Positions 1 through 9,700 of a stretch of DNA of 64,000 nucleotides are shown piece after piece; the first letter of the stretch is position 1, and the number at the start of each line of letters is the position of its first letter. Position numbers and translations under genes: made by a program. The notes under the pieces are model-generated. The model ran no database searches. It had not been told where the DNA came from and was given only the letters and a program-made list of their open reading frames with translations. The stretch lies in NCBI GenBank assembly GCA_018402155.1, contig JAGYJG010000001.1, positions 290,831 through 354,830 of the forward strand. The letters run 5' to 3'. Source of the DNA: Bacteroidia bacterium (lineage in GTDB: Bacteria > Bacteroidota > Bacteroidia > NS11-12g > UBA9320).

Positions 1-112
1 TAGAACTACCCAACTTTCAAGGAAAAAGAGAGGAAAGCAACGAAGGCCACCTAGAGATGATACAAAGTAGCTGGGTGTACGAGTGGCGAGATAACCAGTA
101 AACCCATTTACC

Positions 113-628
113 ATGATTTTTGATAAATTTCAGCAGATTGATACATTCATTCTAGATGTAGACGGAGTACTTACCACAGGCACTGTACTGGCCACAGAGT
201 CCGGTGAAATGCAGAGAGATTTCAATATTAAAGATGGATTTGCTTTACAATATGCAATCAAAAGAAATTACTCCATTATTATCATTAGTGGAGGTAGCTC
301 AGAGGGTGTGCGTACCCGACTAAAAAGTCTAGGGATATCACAAGTACATATGGCCGTAGCAGATAAGCGGGCACTTCTGCAGCAGCTAGTTACAGGTCAG
401 CACGTGAAGTTAGAAAACGCACTTTATATGGGTGATGATTTTCCAGATCTCAGTATAATGCGAATGTGTGCTGTAAAAGTATGTCCGGCTGATGCAGTTT
501 GGCAGGTACAAGAAGAGGTAGATATAGTAACCAAAGCTCTAGGCGGAAAAGGCGCCGTACGCGAAATAATAGAAAAAGTGCTCACCACACAAGATAGTTG
601 GGAAAGCTCAGACCATTCTGTATGGTAA
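113..628 (+). CDS. kdsC: 3-deoxy-D-manno-octulosonate 8-phosphate phosphatase (HAD family, KdsC-like)
   Basis: 171 aa; N-terminal HAD motif FILDVDGVLTTG; size and layout typical of KdsC/YrbI. Confidence 0.7.
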   Translation: MIFDKFQQIDTFILDVDGVLTTGTVLATESGEMQRDFNIKDGFALQYAIKRNYSIIIISGGSSEGVRTRLKSLGISQVHMAVADKRALLQQLVTGQHVKLENALYMGDDFPDLSIMRMCAVKVCPADAVWQVQEEVDIVTKALGGKGAVREIIEKVLTTQDSWESSDHSVW

Positions 629-690
629 TGGATACATTTTTTTTAATCTGTGTTTTCCTATAGGTCTGTAGCTACTATATTTGTAACCAA

Positions 691-981
691 TTGTTTGTTA
701 TTTATCACATAACCAAGTATAAGTACTTTATAAGTCTTTCTGTATTTTCAGTGTGGATGTTATTTTTTGACGGTAATAGTGCCTTATTCATGTACAAGCA
801 GTATAATGAGTTGAAAAATCTTAAAACTCAGGAGGAGTTTCTTTCTGAAGAAATACGGGAAATGCAAAAACAAAAAGCAGAACTTTTTTCTGATAACGAT
901 AAGCTTGAACGATATGCTAGAGAAAATTATTTTTTCAAAAAAGATGATGAAGATGTGTTTTTGATAGAAAGTAGTGATTAA
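691..981 (+). CDS. septum formation initiator family protein (FtsB/DivIC-like)
   Basis: 96 aa; N-terminal TM segment then coiled-coil, C-terminal ...ERYARENYFFKKDDEDVF typical of FtsB/FtsL-family proteins. Confidence 0.5.
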   Translation: MFVIYHITKYKYFISLSVFSVWMLFFDGNSALFMYKQYNELKNLKTQEEFLSEEIREMQKQKAELFSDNDKLERYARENYFFKKDDEDVFLIESSD

Positions 982-1766
982 AATTTCTGAATATCTATTA
1001 CTTCTTTCATTTTAGGATAAATTTTTGTACTCCCCGCTAATATACTTGACCCAAAAGTATAGTCATTTCCTCCATTAAAATCGGTTACTGTGCCACCTGC
1101 TTGTTGTACAATGTAGGCTCCAGCCGCTACGTCCCATGGACTAAGATTTAGTTCAAAAAAAGCATCAAATCTGCCGCAAGCAGTATAAGCCAAATCAATT
1201 GCCGCACTTCCCATTCTACGCAATCCTCTAGTATCTTTCATAAGTTGAGACAGGGTGGCAAGGTATGCGTCCATTTCTTTAAAGTTATAATAAGGGAATC
1301 CTGTTGCGATTAGTGTATCTTGTAGATTGTTTCTCGTGGCAACGCAAATCGGGTTTCCATTTAGAAAGGCGCCTTTTGGTGTGGCTACAAAGTTTTCACG
1401 ATCTGCGGGTACATATACGCAGCCATACACCGGTAGCCCATTGGCATAAAGGGCAATAGATATAGCATATTTACTATGACCAAAAAGGTAATTGGTAGTG
1501 CCATCTACTGGGTCTATAATCCAATAAAGTTGGTCATTTTTTACAGTAGAGGTATTTTCTTCTCCCAGATAACCTGCCGTGGGTGTTATTATGCTGAGCC
1601 CAGCTACTAGCATTTTTTCACTTTCTATATCTACAAAACTTACTAGTTGGTTCAAGCTTTTTTCATCTATATCTTCTGAAGATATATTGGCTTGATTGTT
1701 TTGTTGAAATTGGCCTACCTCCATTACAAGAGATTCTATGGCCGCTAGTTGGTTTTCAGTTAGCAT
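978..1766 (-). CDS. inositol monophosphatase family protein (SuhB/CysQ-like)
   Basis: 262 aa; IMPase metal-binding motif WIIDPVDGTTNY; 4-bp overlap with upstream ORF. Confidence 0.75.
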   Translation of the reverse strand: MLTENQLAAIESLVMEVGQFQQNNQANISSEDIDEKSLNQLVSFVDIESEKMLVAGLSIITPTAGYLGEENTSTVKNDQLYWIIDPVDGTTNYLFGHSKYAISIALYANGLPVYGCVYVPADRENFVATPKGAFLNGNPICVATRNNLQDTLIATGFPYYNFKEMDAYLATLSQLMKDTRGLRRMGSAAIDLAYTACGRFDAFFELNLSPWDVAAGAYIVQQAGGTVTDFNGGNDYTFGSSILAGSTKIYPKMKEVIDIQKF

Positions 1767-2694
1767 GTTGTGTGTGTATCAGGGTGTGTTTTAGTTTAGA
1801 TAGTAAGACTTTGGCAGCGCCTAGTGTTGCGATAATGGCATGGCGAAAGCCAACATTTTTTAGCATAAATAGCACAACATAAACCGCGGGTATTATATTT
1901 CTGTGAAGCAGTAATTGGGCTATGCGGTATTTGGAACTATGTGCTAATCCATTTTTGCCTATAAGGATATCTTTTTTGGTAAATATGCCGTCTTGTAGCA
2001 TTTTTTGCTGAAAGAGTAATTCTAACTTAAGTATGTCAATGTCACTAAAATTTCGGGTATCATTACTCTCATGTGTTCGGTAGGTATGCAGCACATCTGT
2101 GATATAGAGTGAAGGAAAATTAGCCGTTACACGAGTCCACATGTCCCAATCTGATGTATGAGGGGCATATTTCCTGAATTGCATTTCTTTGGCTACGGCA
2201 GTTTTTAGTACAACTGCACTTGCAGCTAGGCAGTTTCGGAATTTAAGGTGCTCAAAAAGACCTTTGGTATTGTAGTTTACCTTGGGTGGCTGTCTGTAGT
2301 TTTTGCCATCAAAAGTTTGTGAGGCGCAAGCGATTAGGCAGAGGTTGCTGTCTTTATTTATCTCTGTGGCTACGCGGTGATAAAAATCGGGTTCTAGTAT
2401 ATCATCAGCGTGCATCACGTGTACATAGTTATGAGTACTCATTTCCAAACATCGGTTAAAATTGCCTACTAAGCCAAGATTTTGATCGTTGAAATGAAAT
2501 TTAACCCCACTTTTTTCGTAGTATGGTTGTAGTTTCGTTAGGCTTTCGTTTTTGGAACCATCATCTACCACATATATGTTTAGGCTAAATAATTCTGACG
2601 TCTGTTGTAAAATAGAATCAAGTGTCTTACTCAAAAACGGACTATTATAATGTGGGATTGCTACGTCAATGTATATGGGCTCCATTGGAAGCAC
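1756..2694 (-). CDS. glycosyltransferase family 2 protein
   Basis: 312 aa; N-terminal GT-A fold signature (VAIPHYN...YVVDDGS); overlaps downstream IMPase gene by 11 nt (operon). Confidence 0.7.
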   Translation of the reverse strand: MLPMEPIYIDVAIPHYNSPFLSKTLDSILQQTSELFSLNIYVVDDGSKNESLTKLQPYYEKSGVKFHFNDQNLGLVGNFNRCLEMSTHNYVHVMHADDILEPDFYHRVATEINKDSNLCLIACASQTFDGKNYRQPPKVNYNTKGLFEHLKFRNCLAASAVVLKTAVAKEMQFRKYAPHTSDWDMWTRVTANFPSLYITDVLHTYRTHESNDTRNFSDIDILKLELLFQQKMLQDGIFTKKDILIGKNGLAHSSKYRIAQLLLHRNIIPAVYVVLFMLKNVGFRHAIIATLGAAKVLLSKLKHTLIHTQHAN

Positions 2695-2951
2695 AAAGGT
2701 ATTAGAATAAGATGAAAGATACTTCGGATATAGCTAGTATTTCTAAAGTGATATCTACGTACAAGTCTTTAGATGCTTAGGCTCATTCACCAGTAAAATG
2801 CTAGAAAATGAATTCTATAGAGCTGTAAAATGTGTTGGACAAAGACAACGATTTTAGTAATTAAAAGGGATCACTGACAATAAAAATTGTAAAGAATAAT
2901 GCAATATGAAGATGAGATTTTAGCTTGATTTTAGTACTACTGAGGTGCAAA

Positions 2952-3818
2952 TTAGACTTGCCCTAAGTAAGTAAATGAAATAGAAAAACACTCAACTAGT
3001 GCACTTTTAAGACCATTTTTTGTGATAAAATATGGCAATAGTATTAGACCTTTTAGAAAAAACAAAACTGCGAGTATAAAAGACTTTACGGAGCTTGTCT
3101 TTATTGCTTTTTTACGATACACACCTTTCTGGTAGGCAGAATTTAGAAAGTGATGTACACGTTTATAATGAGATTGATGATCTACTTTGAGGTGTGGACT
3201 ATAGAATATGGTATAGCCAGCGCTTTTAATTTTATTTTGAATATCAACCTCATCGTAGTAGCCTATTTTTTTTGCACGCATTCCTAAACTAGTATTAAAA
3301 CCTCCTACGGCTTCTAGCGCTTTTACACTAAATCCGCACGCACAACCATTTATATAGCCGCTAGCCGGCATACGGCCAAAGTCTGCACGGAATATTGGCG
3401 GAACAACATATTTCGCTTTTATCCAGCTAGGAGAATTGTGATTCCAATATAGTGTACGACCTGATATGCAATCTATTTCATTATTTGAGAGAATTAAGTT
3501 GATTTGATGTAGCAAGTCTGCGTGAGGCTTCGCATCATCATCTATGTAAAAAACAAAAGGTGCAAGGGCATTTTTATATCCTGTATTGCGTGCATTACTG
3601 AGGCCAATTTTATCTTCTGTCACATATCGAATCAGTTTATTTTTATTCATTGCCTCGTGAATAATATCTAAAGTTTGATCAGTACAACTGTTGATAACAA
3701 TCAAAATTTCATAGGGAACGGATGTTTTTAAATCTGCGTAATAATCTAGGCTTTTTTTTAAGGTGTTTGCTCTGTTATGTGAGCAAATTAAAAGCGTTAT
3801 CTCTGGTTTTTCTTGCAA
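2952..3818 (-). CDS. glycosyltransferase family 2 protein
   Basis: 288 aa; ITLLICSHNRANTLKKSLDYY N-terminus typical of GT2, DDD motif (YIDDDAKP). Confidence 0.7.
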   Translation of the reverse strand: MQEKPEITLLICSHNRANTLKKSLDYYADLKTSVPYEILIVINSCTDQTLDIIHEAMNKNKLIRYVTEDKIGLSNARNTGYKNALAPFVFYIDDDAKPHADLLHQINLILSNNEIDCISGRTLYWNHNSPSWIKAKYVVPPIFRADFGRMPASGYINGCACGFSVKALEAVGGFNTSLGMRAKKIGYYDEVDIQNKIKSAGYTIFYSPHLKVDHQSHYKRVHHFLNSAYQKGVYRKKAIKTSSVKSFILAVLFFLKGLILLPYFITKNGLKSALVECFSISFTYLGQV

Positions 3819-4293
3819 CTTAGCTGCAAAATTATTCCAAAACGGGACACTTTATGATTTCATACGTGTTTTGAAAAGGCTTCATTCTAATTAATTATCT
3901 GTTATAACATATCTTAGATCGAAAAAATTCTTGTATGTATTTCCTTGGATGGAGACTTTTTTTGAGGCTGTTTTAACTAATTTTTAGTATTTAAGTTGGT
4001 TCAGAGTCTGTGGATATATACACTAAAATATAACTACGGCAGCGGTTAGTGTAGGAATTGCTAGAGCTGCTCCACTTGGGGCCCTTTTTTCGAAGTTTGC
4101 TTTTCAAAGACCGAGATGAGCTTTTTTTCAAAAACATTCCAAGACAAATGTTGCTAGTAGTATTTTCAATGTGGGAGTGTTTTTTTGATTTGTGTTGGTC
4201 TATCTATGACCTATTATTGTGTGAGCAAATATCATTAATATGAGGAATACACTTTTAGTGTTTTGGCTAAAATAATCTATTTTTTCTTCCATA

Positions 4294-5466
4294 TTGCCCC
4301 ATTTAATGTGCAATTTAGCCCCCAGTTTGACATTTAATCTAGTTATACCAGTTTTTAATAGGCTTTATTCACTTCAACGTTTGCTGCAAAGTATAGAATG
4401 TGCCTCAGTAAAAGGTACTATGAATCTATATATCAGTTGCGATGGAGGTGCATCTGATGAGGTAGTTTCCTATGCCCAAAATTTTATGTGGCGGTATGGG
4501 AAATTTGAAGTAATAAAACAAGAGGTACAATTGGGAGTAGATGCCCACAATCTTGCTTGTATGAAACTTGCCAAGGAACTAGGAAGTGTAGTGGTTTTGG
4601 AAGATGATTTGGTAGTATCCCCATCGTTTCAATTGTACCTTCTTACTATACAGCCGCTTGCAAAATTAGAAAGACAATTGGCCGGTATTAGCTTGTATCG
4701 CTACCCTATGGTAGAGCATGATCATTTTCCCTTTGACCTAATACCCAATGATGAGTTCGTTTATTATCAACAGCGGTCTAGTAGTAATGGATGTTTTTAT
4801 ACGTGGGATATGTTGCGGCCATACTTTGATTTCCTTGAAATATTTGATGGAGATTTTGATAGGTATAACCTGCCTGAAAACGTAAAAAAATGGGGAGACG
4901 AAGTATGGGAAAAAAGTTTTTATTGTTACCTGCAACATGCAGACTTGTACCTTGCTTTTCCTAGGTTTAGCTTAACGACAGATTTTGCAGATATTGGTGT
5001 TCATATGAAAAAACAGACCAATAAATATGCACATCAGTCAAACCTTTATCTTGGTCAAAAATTTGATTTTCCAGCAAGATATGAAAATACTGAAAATGTC
5101 TATGATGCTTATTATGAGGTTCACCGTAGTACCCTTATTAACTATCTTCCTGAGTTGGAAGAGTATGACTTTGAAGTAGATATATATGGATATAAGAAGC
5201 TAGATAAAATAACAAAACCTTTTTTGCTGTCATCCAAAAAGTGTAACAAAGCAATACACCGATGGGATAGGAGGATGAAACCTGAATTGAACAATATTTT
5301 GCTCAATGAACCTGGATATTTTTATTCGCTTGGCTTAACTTCAGATTTTATCGCACAGACCTCAGAAAGTCTCAAAGAAAAGTTCTTGTACTACTATCCA
5401 GATACGCGATTTACTTCTTTGATTAAAATGAAGTTGTCTGAGATTTTTTCTCGTTTTCGTAGATAG
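4294..5466 (+). CDS. hypothetical protein, putative glycosyltransferase (GT-A-like N-terminus)
   Basis: 390 aa; N-terminus LVIPVFNRLYSLQRLLQSI and LEDD resemble GT2 core; remainder unrecognised; exact start uncertain. Confidence 0.4.
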   Translation: MPHLMCNLAPSLTFNLVIPVFNRLYSLQRLLQSIECASVKGTMNLYISCDGGASDEVVSYAQNFMWRYGKFEVIKQEVQLGVDAHNLACMKLAKELGSVVVLEDDLVVSPSFQLYLLTIQPLAKLERQLAGISLYRYPMVEHDHFPFDLIPNDEFVYYQQRSSSNGCFYTWDMLRPYFDFLEIFDGDFDRYNLPENVKKWGDEVWEKSFYCYLQHADLYLAFPRFSLTTDFADIGVHMKKQTNKYAHQSNLYLGQKFDFPARYENTENVYDAYYEVHRSTLINYLPELEEYDFEVDIYGYKKLDKITKPFLLSSKKCNKAIHRWDRRMKPELNNILLNEPGYFYSLGLTSDFIAQTSESLKEKFLYYYPDTRFTSLIKMKLSEIFSRFRR

Positions 5467-6763
5467 TCATCTTGTAGAGCCCTAGACTGTCTGTTCTGTT
5501 TTTGTACAAGGAATGTAAGGTGAGCCTACCTTGAATGGGATGTATGATTTTTGTGGGTGAGGCTTTGCACGAGGGGTTAAATTTTTTCAACAGATTTTCG
5601 AATATTTTTATATCTCCAGTATTGGTCAAATAGGCAACATCACCGGGGAGTGGTTTTGTTGCTAATGAAAAATGTGATGTATCTCTCAATATCATCATTT
5701 TAGCTTTTGCGGATTTGGCATAGAGGGGGAATCCTATGTGCTGGTCTATGAAAATAGCTCGTTTGGCATAGTGTGCATTTTTATCAATATAATTTACAAT
5801 TTGTGTTGCTTGCTCTGCATATTTTGGGTGTTCTAGATGCACATATATAGGATTTACAATTGATATAAGTACGTTGAATGATATAGCTATAACTAAGGTC
5901 AATTTTGATAAATTATCCCAGGATAAGTGGGTGCAAACTAAAAAGGGTACAAATAGAAATATATAATAGTAGTGAGGACTGAAAAGGAAAGTGAATAGGA
6001 AGAGGACCAAGTAATTGAGAGCAAATAATTTTGTCCAAATCTTACGTTTTATTATTGCGAGTGCGATAAGAGTAAGACCCCCGTATTTTAGAAACTGCAA
6101 AAAGTTAGCAAACTGATTACCCCCTAATATTCTATTTTTTAGAAAGGTAAAGTAGAACATTTCAGTCGGAACCAAGATGATAATAATCAGAAAAGTAATG
6201 GCAACTACATAAAGGAAGATGAAAAGAGTGCTTCGATGCAATAGTAAACGTTTGCTTGCTAGAAGTGCTACTCCTAATATTACAGCGTTTGCAGGATGAA
6301 CAAGAAATAGAAACAGCCCAACTGGTATGGCTATAGGCCAATTGATTCTTTTATTTTTGAATAAAAATGGGAAGGCGAAAATCCCTACAATTACACTAAA
6401 AACTTCGGGTCTATGGGTTAATATGAGGTAATTTGCTATCAACAGAATAATGATACCCGTATTGAGGTGTCCTTTTTTATGGCGGACAACTAATATGATT
6501 GTAAGTGTAATTAGTAAGAAAGAGTAAAATATTTTGGGTGTATATGTATTAGAGGAAACTGCTGCTAATGGAGCAATTAAAAATCCATACCAATAGGTTG
6601 CATTATCGTGTAAATAGTCATTATAAAAAAGACCTTTGTCATTTCTAATAAGCGAATAAGCATGTCCGAAATCCCACCCGGTGTCCATTGGGTTAGTTGG
6701 CAGAATAAATTTAACACCTATAGCCGCCAAAAGGGCAAGTACTATCCAGAGTGGATTTTTCAT
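5423..6763 (-). CDS. polytopic integral membrane protein (possibly GT-C-type glycosyltransferase/polymerase)
   Basis: 446 aa, more than 10 predicted hydrophobic helices, large C-terminal soluble part; start is 3 nt after stop of the upstream C25-family gene (translational coupling). Confidence 0.4.
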   Translation of the reverse strand: MKNPLWIVLALLAAIGVKFILPTNPMDTGWDFGHAYSLIRNDKGLFYNDYLHDNATYWYGFLIAPLAAVSSNTYTPKIFYSFLLITLTIILVVRHKKGHLNTGIIILLIANYLILTHRPEVFSVIVGIFAFPFLFKNKRINWPIAIPVGLFLFLVHPANAVILGVALLASKRLLLHRSTLFIFLYVVAITFLIIIILVPTEMFYFTFLKNRILGGNQFANFLQFLKYGGLTLIALAIIKRKIWTKLFALNYLVLFLFTFLFSPHYYYIFLFVPFLVCTHLSWDNLSKLTLVIAISFNVLISIVNPIYVHLEHPKYAEQATQIVNYIDKNAHYAKRAIFIDQHIGFPLYAKSAKAKMMILRDTSHFSLATKPLPGDVAYLTNTGDIKIFENLLKKFNPSCKASPTKIIHPIQGRLTLHSLYKNRTDSLGLYKMTIYENEKKSQTTSF

Positions 6764-6766
6764 ATA

Positions 6767-9700
6767 CTACCTCATTAGATATATCTTACCATAGCCTTTA
6801 TGGAAAAATTTATCACCAGCAGTTTCGCGTTGTTGTATTTCCTCCCCATTTATTCTTGCAGTTACTTTGTATAGATAAACTCCGTTAGCCAATTGATCGC
6901 CAAACTCATCCGTACCATTCCATGTAAATTCAGATATGTTGTTTCCTATGCGTATCAATCCTAGTTCGTTTTGAGTTATTTCTCGCACTACCTTTCCTGT
7001 TATAGTCAGTATTTGAATTTTCATATAATCGGGTATTTGTTCTCCGGTCAACGTATAAACAAATTTCATGCTAGTGGAAAATGGATTTGGATATGGATAT
7101 ATATTGGTGATTTGAGATTCTTTAATAACTTCAAAATGTATGCGGTAATTTAGGTCGCTACTTGCATTTCCTGATGCGTCGGTAACTGCTACATCGAGTC
7201 TATATTTTCCTGATTCCAAGTCATCTGGCAGATATTCTAAAACAGCCTTATCGCCAGGTGCAGTAGCAGGATAAAAGGTAGCATTGGACAGTGTGTGGAG
7301 TAAAGAATCTACCGTTCCTATCGGATTACCGAGCTCATCCACAGGGGTGATTGCAGCTTTAATTGCAGTGGGATCATTTATAAAAAGAAAGTCGTTGTCA
7401 TCTAACACGGACATGGTAATAACGGGCGAGGGTGAAACAATGTCGTAATCTAGGATGTGTAGTCCGTCGAAAACTACGTCGAGTATTGGATTTTTAACAT
7501 CTTTTTCTACCACATAGTGAAGGTTTATTATGTTATTTTCTAAGCGCTCTTCTGGTTGGTCAAAATTGGGGTTCACAGCGATAATAAAGCTGTTGTTTGC
7601 AATTTTTCCAAGGGTGTGCAATTTATAAGATAGAACAACTGAGTCGCCCGGCGCAAGTGGTTGGTATCGTTTGAGTTCAATGGTGTCTCGGCTATTGCTG
7701 CTGGCTAAATTGACAGCCATTACCAAAAGGCTATCCATACCAAAAGTTGAAATGTTTTTATAAGCTATCTTAAATCCAATAGAATCTCCTTCTTGTATGG
7801 TGTCGTGTGTTTGTTCAAAAACAAGATCGGGCATCAAGGATCCCTCTGGAACTCCGTCGTACAAGACTGTCCAGCGCTTTTGAGGTGCAGGAGTTCTCAT
7901 CTCTTCATCTTTGAAAAATGCGCGAATTTTCAAATAGGGGTATTCAGTTGCATCTATAAAAGAGAGGTCTACTGTTTTAGCCAAAGTTCTATGTACTAAA
8001 ACAGTGTCCCTATTTGTATGGGTTATACCAATTATGGAATAATTGAACGAATCAGCCTCACTATCTTTTTCATCTCCAAATATTCTATAAAACTGTTTCC
8101 ATTTTTGCGATGGTCCTATTTTTTGTGATGTTATACTCCCAGATGTTAGTAATGGAGTAAATTGCTTAGAACCAGGAATTTCTTGGTAACTTGGGTCCAC
8201 ATTAGATTCAGGATTGGCTACTAGTTCCGTAGCTTTTCCTATTTCGTCTCCTTTATAGCCCATTAAGCCATAGGGCTCACCATGTTTAAGGGGTCTTATT
8301 TTTGCTGCACCAAATTGCTCCAAAGCCGTAAACATAGAGTCATTCCAATTATCTAAACCCACGTCTCCATTAATCAAAAGAAATATGTGCCAGCCATGCG
8401 GCACACGGTTTAGGAAATTATACATAGAATCATATCCTACATCAGTTTTAGGGTAAAAATAATATACTGCTGATTTTTCACCAGCAATGTAGTACTTGTA
8501 ACCGGGTATAGCATCTCTGTCCCTATTGGTTCTATTGTATACATTATCTTCCTCATTATACCTGTCTAAATTATCAGGATTTACTACCATTACTTCAACC
8601 GCATTTCTAGCATAATTACCGTGAGATTTTCGGTTGTCCTCCATAAGGTTTATTTTAAACCAAGTCGTATTGATTCCGCCGCTATACATATCATATCTCC
8701 AAGACAGGGTTCTTTGAAAAGCAAGTTTATTTCTGTCGGCGTCAAAATATATACCATCACCCTTAGACTCAGCTAGTTTTCCCTTGTACCCTTGCGACCA
8801 TCCGTTTTCGCTTGCCAAAACGAGCGAAAATGTTGATGATACCCATTTTTCAGGTTTTTCTTGGTCACTTACAAAAGCAGCCTTCCAAAAAAAATCAGTA
8901 CTATCAAAAGGGGGCAATAGAAATGAATGTTCGATAATATTGTCAGCAACAATTTCTTGCGATAGTTGCATTATTGGGCTATTGAAGAGTGGCGTTGTGT
9001 CTATCTGAAAAACAACTACATTACCTTTTCTTAGTAGATTATTATTTTGAACTTTTAGTGTGACTTTGTTCTCCGGCTGGATATCGTCCTTTTTTGGATA
9101 GAGAACACTTAAACTATTGGAAGGGAGGTTGAAATCAAAAATTACAGTGTTGTTCAACTCTCCCAAAGGCTCTAGTTCTTTAATACTATCACCGTAGTCG
9201 ATGGTGATAGTCGCTGTTTGAAATCCGGCACCAAACGGTGTTACTGGAAGCCAAAAAAGACATGGTTGAGAATTGTGAATAGGGCCAAAAGTTTTAGGTT
9301 TAAAGTTACGAATAGAGTCATTACTATATTTTAGGCTCACGTGCACTAGGGGTTCCTTTTTTTGAGCGCTGCCCACATTGAACAGCCTCATATCTAAGGC
9401 AAAGGAATCCATCTCTGCATTTGCATTTTCTGGATAAATTTTCAAGCCACTCTCATCTATTTGGAAATCAGGTTTTTCTGGAGCATAGAGTCGTATTGCA
9501 GGATCACCGTGGTACAAAGTCTGTCGGCATTGGGATCTATTGTAATCATTAGTTGGTTGTTGGTACTTCTCCATGGTAGCAGCCATCACTTTTCCTATAC
9601 TTTCTCCGTAGTATTCGTTGTATAAATTTTGGTAAAAAATTCTTGTCCAAGTAGCCAAAGGGGAAATGAAATTGTATGCACTACCCGCTATCCAAGCTAT

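Noticed and set aside
4058-4243. 61-aa ORF in the divergent GT2 intergenic region
   Set aside because: Low-complexity, no start context, lies in a promoter region; likely non-coding.
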